Assembly (NCBI GenBank): GCA_951406725.2
Contig: OX597835.1
Span: 11,408,001 to 11,472,000, forward strand
Direction: 5' to 3'
Length of the DNA: 64,000 bases
Origin: Octopus vulgaris
Taxonomy: Eukaryota
The position numbers were made by a program, and so were the translations under genes. Numbering within the stretch: position 1 is the first letter of the stretch; each line of letters starts with the position of its first letter. Shown piece after piece: positions 41,309 to 54,976 of this stretch. The notes under the pieces are model-generated. The model was not told where the DNA came from, searched no databases, and saw only the letters and a list, made by a program, of their open reading frames with translations.

Positions 41309-42087
41309 AGATTCTGATGGACCCAAGGACCACATACTCCAGTGTCTGCTTTAGCATGACTTCTACAGCTGAATGCCCTTCCTTCCATGCCAATCACTTT
41401 ACAGTTTGCTGAGTGCTTTTTCCGTGCCACCAGCATTAGTGAGATTGCCGTGCAGCATGCAAGATTTACAAAGCCCAAAGGAGCAGCTTTACTTGAGGAG
41501 ATGTGGGGATAAGAGTATGAGAGATGGGACCATAGTAAAACAGGTTCCCCTGAGTAAACAAGATATATGGTTAACAGTGAAACTTCTGCTCAAATCTGAG
41601 GTTGACCTTGCTTTTCACTCCTCCAAATTTGCTAAAATGGAAACCTTACAGTTATCAGCTTCATTTCACCAAATTTTGTAAGGAAGGAATATTTGGCCGT
41701 AAGCAAAATAAATAATGAAGGAGTTGATGATAATATCAATATTGATCATTTCTAATTTTAAGCATAAAAATATATAGAGACATAATCATTTTACCATTCT
41801 CTAGAATGAAAGTTAAAATGGGGTCTAGTAGTAAGTAACCAATGAAATTAAATGTAATTTATCATTTAGTCTCCTCCAAATATTCTCCAGCTTACTATAC
41901 CATGCTGACCATTTGCCTGATCATCCAGCTCACACTCACTCACATTCCAGCAAATTTACCGATGGTCAGCACTTCTCTGCTTGATCTCGCCTCCCTCATC
42001 TTTCTCTCAAAGTCAAACTTAAAAATGGTCGATGAGGATGAGGCTAAAAAGGAAGGAGCCTTCAGTTTCCCTGAACTTGTCTACATT

Positions 42088-42497
42088 ACTCTTTACTCTT
42101 TTACTTGTTTCAGTCATTTGACTGTGGCCATGCTGGAGCACCGCCTTTAATCGAGCAACTCGACCCCGGGACTTATTCTTTTGTAAGCCCAGTACTTATT
42201 CAATCGGTCTCTTTTGCCGAACCGCTAAGTAACGGGGACATAAACACACCAGCATCGGTTGTCAAGCAATGCTAGGGGGACAAACACAGACACACAAACA
42301 CACACACGCACATATATATATATATATACATATATACAACGGGCTTCTTTCAGTTTCCGTCTACCAAATCCACTCACAAGGCTTTGGTCGGCCCGAGGCT
42401 ATAGTAGAAGACACTTGCCCAAGGTGCCACACAGTGGGACTGAACCCGGAACCATGTGGTTGGTAAACAAGCTACTTACCACACAGCCACTCCTACG

Positions 42498-42545
<48 letters not shown>

Positions 42546-42710
42546 TACAACGGGCTTCTTTCAGTTTCCGTCTACCAAATCCACTCACAAGGCTTTGGTC
42601 GGCCCGAGGCTATAGTAGAAGACACTTGCCCAAGGTGCCACACAGTGGGACTGAACCCGGAACCATGTGGTTGGTAAACAAGCTACTTACCACACAGCCA
42701 CTCCTGCGCC
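42088..42710 (-). mobile_element. SINE family B with a tandemly duplicated 5' half
   Basis: 42338-42500 and 42548-42710 are near-identical and joined by (TA)n. Confidence 0.87.
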
Positions 42711-43029
42711 TAGCTTTTTAGCCATAGTAATTGCTAGCTTTTTAGCCATAACCACCTGACACAGTACACCTGGTTGGCTGTTAGATCCATCCAACATGTG
42801 ATCACAACTGTTTGTCACGATTCCACAATCAGCAATGCTTGGTTGTAAAAGAGCAATTTCAGAACGGTTTCATGACCACTGAGTATGAATCTCAGACAGG
42901 CCTGGGGAAAGTTGTTTTCATGCCTGTAAGATTTATCTCCAAAAATGGTAATTCCCATCTCTTTGGAGGAGGTGAGGGAATTGACAGTTAGGGATAAACT
43001 TTACAAGCCAGGAATTTTAGGAAGTTTAC

Positions 43030-43340
43030 AATGGCTCAGTGGTTAGAGCGTCGAGCTTTCGATCGTGAGGTTGTGAGCTCGAATCCCGGACCGGGCTGCG
43101 TGTTGTGTTCTTGAGCAAAGCACTTTATTTCACATTGCTCCAGTTCACTCAGCTGTAGAAATGAGTTGCGACGTCACAGGTGCCAAGCTGTATCGACCTT
43201 TGTCTTTCCCTTGGATAACACTGGTGGCGTGGAGAGGGGAGGCTGGTATGCATGGGCGACTGCTGGTCTTTCATAAACAACCTTGCCCGGACTTGTGTCT
43301 AGGAGGGTAACTTTCTAGGTGCAATCCCATGGTCTGTGTC
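43030..43340 (+). mobile_element. tRNA-headed SINE (another subfamily)
   Basis: A-box tggctcagtgg, B-box gagctcgaatcc, body gtgttcttgagcaaagcactt. Confidence 0.75.
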
Positions 43341-44115
43341 ATGACCGAAGGAGGTCTCTGAACAATCCCAAAGCTGAATATCCTCTGAAATATCCTGTTC
43401 TGTTGATGGGTTTCTGATGCCGAGAGGTCAACCTAAGAACTCTGTTGCTCTTTCAAAGTTCTAATCTTCCATCGAAAGCAAGAACTGATGTATCATTGAT
43501 TACATTGACCAAATGGTAAAGAACTAAAGAACTACAAATAATTTATATTTAGACACAAAGAACAGTTGTAAGAAATGACATAAGAGAAGTTAGCCGTTTC
43601 CTTTTATAGTTAAAAGAGAAGCAAAGTATTTTATTCCAGCCATTATGTTTGGTCAAGACTTGTTTCCTCGTTAGCCAGGAATACTTGTCTCTGACATCCT
43701 GTGAAAAACAGATTGCCGTTTTACTGACAGGATATGAACTATAAACACTTTAGCCGGGAATCAGACACTTATCAATCATTCAGCTGCAACTTGAGATTAA
43801 TTTAAAAACGATGAAAAAAAAGTTGCATGTAAAGAATCCAAGAGTTCTTTGTTAAGAATTCTTGAAACAGTCCTGGTATTTATCCATGATTTTATGCCAT
43901 TGACTAGATAAGAAATAACTTGCTCCACTGGAGGTCTGTCATGAGTTATGTTTGCAGTTGAAAGAATTAAGCTTAGCTTTACTAGTTAATGAGCAACTGG
44001 TCACTGATGCAAGGTCTGTCTTCTGAGTGAAACGAAGTTATTTGATGCAAGCTGTCATTTCTCATCTGAGCAGTTTGATGGCTGAGTGCATCAGCCATGG
44101 TAATAGTAACAGCAT

Positions 44116-44810
44116 TACTCTTTTACTCGTTTCAGTCATTTGACTGTGGCCATGCTGGAGCACCACCTTTAGTCAAACAAATCGACCCCAGGACTTATTT
44201 TATCGGTCTCTTTTGCTGAACTAAGTTACGGGGACGTAAACACACCAGCATCAGTTGTCAAGTGATGTTGGGGGGACAAACACAGACACATACACACATC
44301 TAAATATATATATATATACTAGCAGTATCGCCTGGCGTTGCTCGGGTTTGTAAGGGAAATAACTATATAAGCATTTTTAGAGAGTTACTTCCCTTATATA
44401 ATAGCAAAAAAAATGCATTAAAAATGGGAAAAAATTATGGTAAATTTTTTTTTAAATCGTAGACTCATCGTCAACACGCACTAATACCCAGAAGGGCTCA
44501 ATATGAATCACGACTATAAGATACCCGGTTTTGGTTAAACTGCACCGCAAAATGTGGGAGTAGTTAGGAATCTAAATCGTAGGAGACAGACACACAACTT
44601 CACTTTTATATATAAAGATATGTATACACACACACACATATACATATATATACAACAGGCTTCTTTCAGTTTCTGTCTACCAAATCCACTCACAGGCTTT
44701 GGTCGGTCTGAGGCGATAGTAGAAGACACTTGCCCAAGGTGCCATGCAGTGGGACCCGGAACCATGTGGTTGGTAAGCAAACTACTTACCACACAGCCAC
44801 TCCTGCGCCT
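44116..44810 (-). mobile_element. SINE family B interrupted by a Helitron
   Basis: Family B halves at 44116-44300 and 44630-44810. Confidence 0.83.
44319..44618 (-). mobile_element. Non-autonomous Helitron
   Basis: Reverse complement of the 11174/26003 family; A|TC...CTAG|T inside the SINE's TA tract. Confidence 0.87.
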
Positions 44811-45080
44811 ACACATTGGCAACACATTACTAATTTCAATGTCTCGACTGGCTGGAACTTTTTCTCATTCCTCTATACTCTTATGCACGCACAGAGTCCA
44901 TGCTGTAAAGCAGTAGGTGTTAGGAAGGGCATCCAAGTGTAAAAACCCCGTCAAAACAGATAATGGAGCTTGATGCAGCCCTTGAACATATCAGATCATG
45001 TCAAACCATCCCATCCATGCCAGTATGGAACACAGATGTTAAATAATGATAATCATTATATGTATGTGTGTATGTGTGTA

Positions 45081-45297
45081 TACTCTTTTACTCTTTTACT
45101 TGTTTCAGTCATTTGACTGCAGCCATGCTGGAGCACCGCCTTTAGTCGACCAAATCGACCCCGGGACTTATTCTTTGTAAGCCCAGTACTTATTCTATCA
45201 GTCTCTTTTGCCGAACTGCTAAGTGACAGGGACGTAAACACACCAGCATCGGTTGTCAAGCAATGCTAGGGGGACAAACACACAAACACATACACAC

Positions 45298-45348
<51 letters not shown>

Positions 45349-45513
45349 TACGACAGGCTTCTTTCAGTTTCCGTCTACCAAATCCACTCACAAGGCATTG
45401 GTCGGCCCGAGGCTATAGCAGAAGACACTTGCCCAAGATGCCACGCAGTGGGACTGAACCTGGAACCATGTGGTTGGTTAGCAAGCTACTTAGCACACAG
45501 ACTCTCCTGTGCC
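45081..45513 (-). mobile_element. SINE family B
   Basis: Full-length reverse complement. Confidence 0.88.
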
Positions 45514-45809
45514 TATGTATGTATGTGTGTATGTATGAAACCTGGTTGTGTGATAAAGCAGTTTGTTTTCCAAGTTCATTCCTTGATCCCATTGGTTGAG
45601 TAGAATTTGGTAAAACAGAAAAAGAGCAGAAAATTTTGTGTGTGTGTGTGACAAACCATGTTTGGTTTAGTCAGGAAAAATCCCATTGAATAAGGAATGG
45701 TGCTAATGTTACTGACTAAAATCCTTGAAGTTAGTGCCCCAGCAGGGGCACATTCCAACAAATGAAACCAGTAAAAGTATAAAATACTCACACACACAAT
45801 ATGCATGAT

Positions 45810-46490
45810 TGTGTGTGTATATGTTTTATATATACATATATATATATTTATATATGAATATATATGTGTGTATGTGTGTGTGTATATATATATATATACA
45901 TATATAAATATATATGTGTGTATGTGTGTGTGTATATATATATATATAAATATATATGTGTGTATGTGTGTGTGTATATATATATATACATATATAAATA
46001 TATATGTGTGTATGTGTGTGTGTATATATATATATACATATATAAATATATATGTGTGTATGTGTGTGTGTATATATATATATACATATATAAATATATA
46101 TGTGTGTATGTGTGTGTGTATATATATATATATACATATATAAATATATATGTGTGTATGTGTGTGTGTATATATATATATATACATATATAAATATATA
46201 TGTGTGTATGTATATATATGAATATATATGTGTGTGTATATATATATATATGAATATATATGTGTGTGTATATATACATATATAAATATATATGTGTGTG
46301 TATATATATATATATATAAATATATACGTGTGTGTATATATATATATATATGAATATATATGTGTGTGTATATATATATATATATGAATATATATGTGTG
46401 TGTGTATATATATATATGAATATATATGTGTGTGTGTATATATATATATGAATATATATATGTGTGTGTATATATATATATGAATATATA

Positions 46491-46535
<45 letters not shown>
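45810..46535. repeat. TA/TG-based minisatellite-like tract
   Basis: Higher-order units of about 45-50 bp, tatacatatataaatatatatgtgtgtatgtgtgtgtg. Confidence 0.93.
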
Positions 46536-46536
<1 letters not shown>

Positions 46537-47072
46537 TAATTGTATATTATATATTATACATGCACAGACACACCTTATATGTATGTATGTGTGTATAAAC
46601 ACACACACATGCACATACAGACACTGAAATAGACAAGAGGCATTATCAAATAAAAAGCAACCTCAACTACTGTGGAAACGGAACTAGGTTAATAAATATG
46701 AAAGCAGTTCCTTTTACTGTCTTCTGCGACCTGCTTAGTGCACTTTGTCACCTAACTTCATTTGCCAACATCATCAGAGCAGTCATCACGCGCTCATCAC
46801 TTTTATACTCATCATCTAGTAATATAGCTGAGGCTTGTTTGTTTGTTTTTTTCCTATTTATTCCTTGTGTCATTCTCGTAAGATGAAGCTGCACATCCAT
46901 CAAATCTTATCTCTGCTTGCTTCAAATAGATTTCAAGTTTAGATGAAGAGATACAAACCGTTCAAATTCAACAGGTTAGGGTTATCTTTCACAAAACAAA
47001 AACGAAAAATGAAAAGAGGTGTGAAAGTGGGAGTTTTCTAATAAATAATAACTGCACGTTCTATGGATCATA

Positions 47073-47115
<43 letters not shown>

Positions 47116-47380
47116 CTAACATTTTTATTTTTTAATGTGAGTTCATAAACCAAAGTCCTACTTCCCTCTAGCACCGCTTTTTTTTTCCACATTCCTCATA
47201 AAGAAGTTTGAATTTTTCTTCTCCATAAAGCAGTCAACTTTTTTTAATTTATGAGTAAAAGTTCTCTTGTTAGAAGGAAACACTTGGTGCAAAAGTGCAT
47301 TTTACAAAGGTGCACAGTGATGCAGACTGCAACATTAGGAAAAAATATGCACACAAATATGTGTGTGTGTGTGTGTGCAT

Positions 47381-47776
47381 TTACTCTTTTACTTGTTTCA
47401 GTCATTTGACTGTGGCCATGCTGGAGCACCGCCTTTTAGTCGATTCAAATCGACCCCGGAACTTATTCTTTGTAAGCCCAGTACTTATTCTATCAGTCTC
47501 TTTTGCCGAACCGCTAAGTGACGGGGACGTAAACACACCAGCATCGGTTGTCAAGCAATGCTAGGGGGACAAACACAGACACACAAACACACATACACAC
47601 ACATACATATATATACATATATACGACAGGCTTCTTTCATTTTCCGTCTACCAAATCCACTCACAAGGCATTGGTCGGCCCGGGGCTATAGTAGAAGACA
47701 CTTGCCCAAGATGCAACGCAGTGGGACTGAACCCGGAACCATGTGGTTTGTTAGCAAGCTACTTACCACACAGCCA
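47381..47776 (-). mobile_element. SINE family B
   Basis: Full-length reverse complement. Confidence 0.88.
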
Positions 47777-48411
47777 TAAAATTGTGCATTTGTGTATGTA
47801 TATATTTATATATAATTAGCTTTGAGATTTATATCTCTCAGCAGCCCTTTTCTAGTCGTCTAAGTAGGAAGCTTAATGTATGAATATCTGTAAGAGCTCA
47901 TGTCTAGCTACATAGCTAATTAGCTAGAATGATAGATTGATAGTTTAGTTACTCGTTAGATAACTCCATTTACCAACGTACATATGCAGTTATTATATTT
48001 GATGCTTGATATTATATCTAGAACATTATATCTTATAATAAACAATTACCAATAGAAAGCAACATTATGATTTGTAGCTGAATCTAGTTGAGAGCTGCAG
48101 ATCCACAGGAGAAGCTGGAAATCATTCACTACAGTGTGTGCTGTGTCTTTGGTGAAGAAAATTTTTAGCTCAGTCCACTAAGATGTAAAGAGGATATCAA
48201 AGATGTCAATCAGTTCTCTGTTACACGTAACTGTAAAATTGACAAGTGGTTAACTGAATTTCAAGTCTGGGTCCAAATTCTTGGGTTGAATACCCAGAGG
48301 CCAAAGTTAGATTTTGAAACCATGGCAAATGCTGCAAGATATTTTGAAACTTTGGGGATTCCACGTATTACTCCCCAATAATAGCCATCACAAATACATA
48401 TACACATATAC

Positions 48412-48450
<39 letters not shown>

Positions 48451-48454
<4 letters not shown>

Positions 48455-48901
48455 GAATAAATGAAAAGAATGGAGTTGAACGAAGATTTTATCAAAATTC
48501 CTTTACTTTCGACATATGTTTCGAAGACTGCATATTCTTAATTCTGAAGGAATGAAGGTTGCATTATGACGTCTTCTCATCAGGAAATACAAGGAACCTC
48601 TATCAGCCTCAAGACGTCTTGAGGCTAATAGAGGTTCCTTGTATTTCCTGATGAGAAGATGGCATAATGCAACCTTCATTCCTTCGGAATTAAGAATATG
48701 TCGAAAGTAAAGGAATTTTGATAAAATCTTCGTTCAACTCTATTCTTTTCATTTATTCGTATAAAAAAACACACAAATTTCCACACACGAACACGGGGTT
48801 CAGCCCTTGGCATGTAACTTCAACCATGTTTTACTGAAGTGAATTTGCTACCCAGGTATCGATTAACAGAATTATCCATACTAGGATAATTCATTCATCT
48901 A

Positions 48902-48905
<4 letters not shown>
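48451..48905 (+). mobile_element. Asymmetric fold-back element between (TA)n tracts (Penelope-like)
   Basis: Loop-less palindrome centred at 48615/48616 (aagac|gtctt), arms to 48451 and 48763, unpaired 3' extension to 48905. Confidence 0.85.
48504..48590 (-). ncRNA. Type-I hammerhead ribozyme, intact core
   Basis: tttc-CTGATGA-gaagac[42 nt]gtcttc-GAAA-catatg-TC-gaaa: all core nucleotides, stems I and II, palindromic stem III and a GUC cleavage triplet are present. Confidence 0.82.
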
Positions 48906-48963
<58 letters not shown>

Positions 48964-49269
48964 TTTAGAGATAGGATGCCCCTTCATCCCACCATATAAA
49001 AGAATTTTAATTTAAATACTTACCGAGATATAAGTAGTAAGTATTTAAATTAAAATTCTTTTTTATGGTGGGATGAAGGATCCTACTATCTCTAAATGAA
49101 AATATATATTTCTTCATTGAGAATAATTTGAACCCCTTTTATGCCGGAATTTGTATTCCCTAACAAATAAAATTTAAATATATATATATATGTATTTATA
49201 TATCTTTATAATTAAGGATAAAATCTATATCATATTTTATCAAGTAGCCACTATGTAATAAACCACCAT

Positions 49270-49565
49270 CATCATCATCGTTTAACGTCTGTTTTCCATG
49301 CTAGCATGGGTTGGACGGTTCGACCGGCGTCTGGGAAGCCAGGGGGCTGCACCAGGCTCCAGTCTGATCTGGCAGTGTTTCAACAGCTGGATGCCCTTCC
49401 TAATGCCAACCACTCTGTGAGTGTAGTGGGTGCTTTTTATGGGCCATCTACTCAGGGGCCAGAGGAGGCTGGGAACAGCCATGATCAGTTGGTGCTTTCT
49501 ACAGAAGCCAGTCAAGGTGGCACTGGCATCGGCCACGTTTGGATGGCGCTTTTTACGTGCCACCT
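49270..49565 (-). mobile_element. Retroposon family D
   Basis: (cat)n-cgtttaacgtc...ggatgcccttcctaa; same as 23126 and 24886. Confidence 0.78.
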
Positions 49566-50367
49566 GCACAGGTTTCATAACTACAATTTCCATTTGATTT
49601 TTATTTTGATGTACTTGACTCAATAGGTCTCCTCAAGCACAGCAGGTCGCCCTATGATCCAAGGTAAGCACAGCAGGTCGCCCTACAATCCAAGGTACTT
49701 TAAATGGGGTGGGGTTGGTTATGTGAAGCTGATGTAGGATACGTGGTGGACTCACTTTATTTGTCGGGTCTTCGCAGTCACAGCATATCTCCAGAGGGTT
49801 CTCAGGAGGAAGTGGCAGAAGGAATGGGGACTCCTCCTCCTCCAGTCAAACCATATAGGTAGCAATACAATATATGATTTTTTTAAATATAATTATAGTA
49901 AGGTCACTAATGAGTAGCACTTAATGCTAGAAATAGACACTAAACTACATTATTTACCAATGTGGTAAATAATGTAGTTGTTAGAGTCATTTGGCATCTA
50001 TTTCTAGCATGTGGTACTATTCATTGGTGCCCTTACTATAATTATATTTATGTAATTATATTTTTTGTGTGTGTATGTGTATATATTTATGTATGTATGT
50101 ATATATAGTTATAAATAAATGTAGAAGTATGTGTATATATAGTTATAAATATAGATGTATGTATATAGCTATAAATATGTGTGTGTGTATACATATATAT
50201 ATATATGTAGTTATATTATCTGGTAATTGATATTTGATTTAGATGTATTTCTCCATTTTCTTATTTTGTATACATAGTTATAAATAAATATATATAGTTA
50301 AATAAATATATATATATGTAGTTATATAAATATATATACATAGTTATAAATAAATATATATAGTTAA

Positions 50368-50407
<40 letters not shown>

Positions 50408-50837
50408 ATAAATATATATACACACATGGGATAAAATTAAAACCTGTCAATAAGTAAAGCGCTAAGTAAATCTTGGGCTTGGATAAAATGTAATCCCAGT
50501 TGAGTCATGAATAAAAACCAAAACTAAGCCAAAACTTGCCCAAGTCAGCACCTGTATTGAGTACTTTTATGTTTTGGACCAACTGACACATTGGTAGGGG
50601 ACTACTGAATCACAGACCTCTTGTTCAATGTAAATTAAATATTCCACTCTACTTTGGTATTGAGTACTTCTGTTAGTAATGGATGGATAGATTTGTGTGT
50701 ATGTATGTATGTGTGTGTGTGTGTGTATATATATATACACACACATCGTATTTGATGGCCTATGTACCCAAAGATCGGTCCCAGTAGTTGGTTGCACACT
50801 TCACTTCAATATCCATGTCCTATAATGCATCCCGTCT

Positions 50838-51273
50838 TGTTTGAACCAAGCTTTGAAGAAAAAAAGACCTGCATTGGTGAATTGAAAAGGAGTGATGTTT
50901 CATCAGGACAATGTGCGACCCCACACCGCAAAGATCACATCACAGAAGGTCAAAGAACTTGGTTGGGAAAAAATTCCTCATCCACCTTTTTCCCCTGACC
51001 TTGCTCCTTCAGACTACCATTTGTTTCATAGTTTACAAAATCATTTGGGGACATAACTTTCGCAAGCCAGGAGGAGGTCGAAACTGACATTTCAGAGTTT
51101 TTTGCTTTGAAACCAAAAGAGTTTTACAATGATGGGATTAAAAAGCTTGTAAATAGATGGAAGTAAGTCATAGATATTCAGGGAAAGTACATTGATGATT
51201 AAATTTCAATTAAATATAACATTTAATCACTTGTTTTCCTTATTCAAAATTCAGACAGAACTTATGGGATGAC

Positions 51274-51278
<5 letters not shown>
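50838..51278 (+). mobile_element. Mariner transposon 3' half (D,D34D catalytic region plus right TIR), pseudogenised
   Basis: KKRPALVN*KGVMFHQDNVRPHTA...LGWEKIPHPPFSPDLAPSDYHLF; ends cttatgggatgacctga followed by TA. Confidence 0.92.
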
Positions 51279-51315
<37 letters not shown>

Positions 51316-51317
<2 letters not shown>

Positions 51318-51579
51318 CCGGAGTAAACACATAAATGTGAAACAAGGTGGAAAAAAGAGTACTCAAATACCAGTGGTAGAGTAATATGCTTTATTTAAAG
51401 CAGCAGAAAATTCAACAAAATCTGTTGCTCTGAGTTTCTCGTTGCCGTTCATCAGATAGTTTTGTTAGAATGGAACCGATATATCAATTTATATATCGGT
51501 TCCATTCTACTGTCTGATGAACGGCAATGAGAAACTCAGAGTAACAGATTTTGTTGAATTTTCTGTGCTTTAAATAAAG

Positions 51580-51582
<3 letters not shown>
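51316..51582 (-). mobile_element. Asymmetric fold-back element with a hammerhead motif on each arm
   Basis: Arms about 51384-51484 and 51491-51582; + strand ctgt-CTGATGA-acggcaatga-GAAA-ctcagag-TA-acag at 51510-51547; flanked by (TA)n. Confidence 0.82.
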
Positions 51583-51614
<32 letters not shown>

Positions 51615-52318
51615 TTACACACACACACACACATACACACACACACACACATAGACACATAGGTATGTTGGTTAGATTGTATGTAAATGTGTAAGATTAT
51701 TTAGGTGAATTATGTGCCAGATATAAGTGATGTGTGTTCATACTGACACATGCATACAAAGAATCTACTTTTTGCTATGGCACAATGCCAGAATAATTTG
51801 TTTACCAAAATTTCAAACCTTATCTTGCAGAGATCGAAGATTCAATGTTGGTTGTACATAAGAATTCGGTAATTAATGATTGAATGTCAACTATTCTACA
51901 CATTCACATACATACACACACAAAAGTAAATATATATACATATAGATACATATACAGATGCATATACACATACATCTATTTATATACATATACCTATACA
52001 AATATATATGAAGAGGTTCTTCTCCAAAGATGGCCATTACAAACACATCATATACATTATTCAATGAACAACCCCATAGAAACTGGTTTCCAATTGGAAA
52101 TATTGTTGTTGCTGTTTATGTTGTTGTTGTTTTTTTTTTTTTCTAAATATATTTTATATATTGTCGAATGAGCAATAAGCTATCCAACAGATCTTTCCTC
52201 GGTATATTCACATAAACCCATACATTCACCTAAACACACCAATATTTTCAAATGCATGTGCATACATGCATCCAAATACATATATAGAACAGTCATATTC
52301 AATCACACAAAACCATAC

Positions 52319-52354
<36 letters not shown>

Positions 52355-53086
52355 CAAAATATACGTATATACACATATCCAAATATATATGTACACACAT
52401 CCAAATTCACGTATGTATCCAAATACAAAGAACTTATACATCCCAATACACATAAACACACATACATGTATATCAAATTACACATATATAGACACACTTA
52501 TTTACATCAAAATACACAGTTAAACGAACACACATATCTAATTATACATACATATATACATAAAATCACTCATATACATATATGTCAAAATAAGAAAAAT
52601 GCCCGTACATATATAGACAATTCCACATTCATAAAAATGCCCATATACATTTGTACCCAAATACATATGTATAAAAAAAAACATACTCATATATGGATAT
52701 ATATTTGCACACCTACCCCATATATACACAGTTTCTACAACACTTAAAACAGATTTCATAAGAGTGTTACTCCAAGTTAGCATTTGTCTTTAGTAAGATT
52801 AATGGTTTTGTTTTAAATTATAACTTTATAAACCCATTATATTTTGGGTCAAAGCAAAGCTTTTAAATACTAAAATTTATGATTTAAATGCTCCTAATGT
52901 AATTTAATTTCTAAAATATGGTTTCACGATTTGCTCCAAGTATACTTCCATGTATAACCTCCTATCTTTTCTTTTTATTCTACTAATTTCATTCCTATTC
53001 ATTTTGTATACAAATGTATATATCTTTACTATCAAACTTTTACTAAAAAATTATTGACAATAACTACAATATAGATAAAATTTTCT

Positions 53087-53608
53087 TATATATATCTATA
53101 TAGGACATTATGTATAATGTTATATATACCTATATAATTTACATATATATATCTATATACAACATTACGTATAATGTTATATATACATATATAATTTACA
53201 TATATATATCGATATACAACATTATGTATAATGTTATATATACATATATAATTTACATATATATCTATATATAACATTATGTATAATGTTATATATATAT
53301 ATATATATGTCATGGAAAGCGGATGTTAAACGATGATAATGATATGTATATATATATGATATTGTGTATAATGTTATATATATATATATGACATTATGTA
53401 TAATGTTTTATATATATATATAATTTTCATAGATATATAATATATATAGGACATTGTGTATAATGTTATGTATATATACAGGACAGTATATAATGTTATA
53501 TATATAGGAAAGTGTATAATGTAATATATATATTTATATATATGTAGGAAAGTGCATAATGTTATATATATATATATATATATATATATAGGAAAGTGTA
53601 TAATGTTA

Positions 53609-53669
<61 letters not shown>

Positions 53670-53763
53670 GTATATATAAGTGTATAATGTTATGCATATA
53701 TATATATAGGAAAGTGTATAATGTTATGCATATATATATATAGGAAAGTGTATAGTGTTATGC

Positions 53764-53803
<40 letters not shown>

Positions 53804-53880
53804 GTATATATAGGAAAGTATATAATGTTATACATACATATATATATATATATATGAAAGTGTATAATGTTATATATATG
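53087..53880. repeat. AT-rich minisatellite (units of about 60 bp, then about 30-40 bp)
   Basis: Recurrent aacattatgtataatgttat, then aggaaagtgtataatgttat cores separated by (TA)n. Confidence 0.88.
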
Positions 53881-54258
53881 TATAAATAATTGAGATTCAG
53901 TTGAATTAGGCACTTAAGTTGAAGCACCAAGTCAGTCCGGTATTATCCGCACGCACACAACAAAGTAGGGTGAATAAAATTCAAAATAAGTAACAGCGTA
54001 TCAAGTAGTAATGCAGTGCAGCCATTTCAAGTGGCTCCATTTAATTGAACAATGCAATCATTACATCAATTTAAATGCAGTGCCATCTTCAGCTGCACAA
54101 ATAAATAAATGGAATTTTAGCAAGTAGGACAAAATATAATTTTTCTTAAATATTTTAACTCAGCAAGAAAGATGAAATAATTCTTTTCGGGATTGTTGTA
54201 TCTTCAAGTAGATAAGGTATAATTAATAGTATGTAAATATTGGACTATAAAAACCTAT

Positions 54259-54498
54259 AATCATTTGGGGGACATAACTTTCGCAAGCCAGGAGCCAGTT
54301 GAAACTGACATTTCAGACTTCTTCGCTTTGAAACCGAAAGTGTTTTACATTGATGGGATTAAAAAGCTTGTAAATAGATGGAAGTAAGTCATAGATAATC
54401 AGGGAAAGTACATTGAGGATTAAATTTCAATTAACATAACATTTGATCACTTGTTTTCTTTATTCAAAATTCGGACAGAACTTATGGGATGACCTGAT
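54259..54498 (+). mobile_element. Second fragment of the same mariner (3' end plus TIR)
   Basis: Near-identical to 51039-51278. Confidence 0.88.
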
Positions 54499-54754
54499 TG
54501 TTGACACACTATGCATTTCTGATTAATAATTTTGATTTTAATTTGGAAGTGTCACGAGTATGCAGCACTGATAAACTGCAACAATGGTGAAATAGGGTAT
54601 CTGCTGCTCGCATGTTCACTTCAGGGGCAATTTCGTTTCACAAATATCTGAAGTATATTGTCTTTTTCTTTTTTTTAACACTATGCATTTTTGAAGAGAC
54701 TTTTCCTGGGTGGAAAACCACAGCTTGTCATTTAAGCAACACATATATGTATTA

Positions 54755-54976
54755 AGGCGGCGAGCTGGCAAAAACGTTAGCATGCCAGGCGAAATGCGTA
54801 GCCGTATCTCGTCTGCCGTTACGTTCTGAGTTCAAATTCCGCCAAGGTCGACTTTGCCTTTCATCCTTTTGGGGGTCGATTAAATAAGTACCAGTTACTT
54901 ATTACTGGGGTCGATATAATCTACTTTATCCGTTTGTCCTCTCTGTGTTTAGCCCCTTGTGGGTAGTAAAGAAATA
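54755..54976 (+). mobile_element. SINE family C
   Basis: Full-length, with head ggcggcgagctggc. Confidence 0.87.

Noticed and set aside
53087-53300. loxP-like palindrome ataacattatgtataatgttat
   Set aside because: Superficial similarity only; it lacks the 13-8-13 structure and is part of an AT-rich minisatellite.
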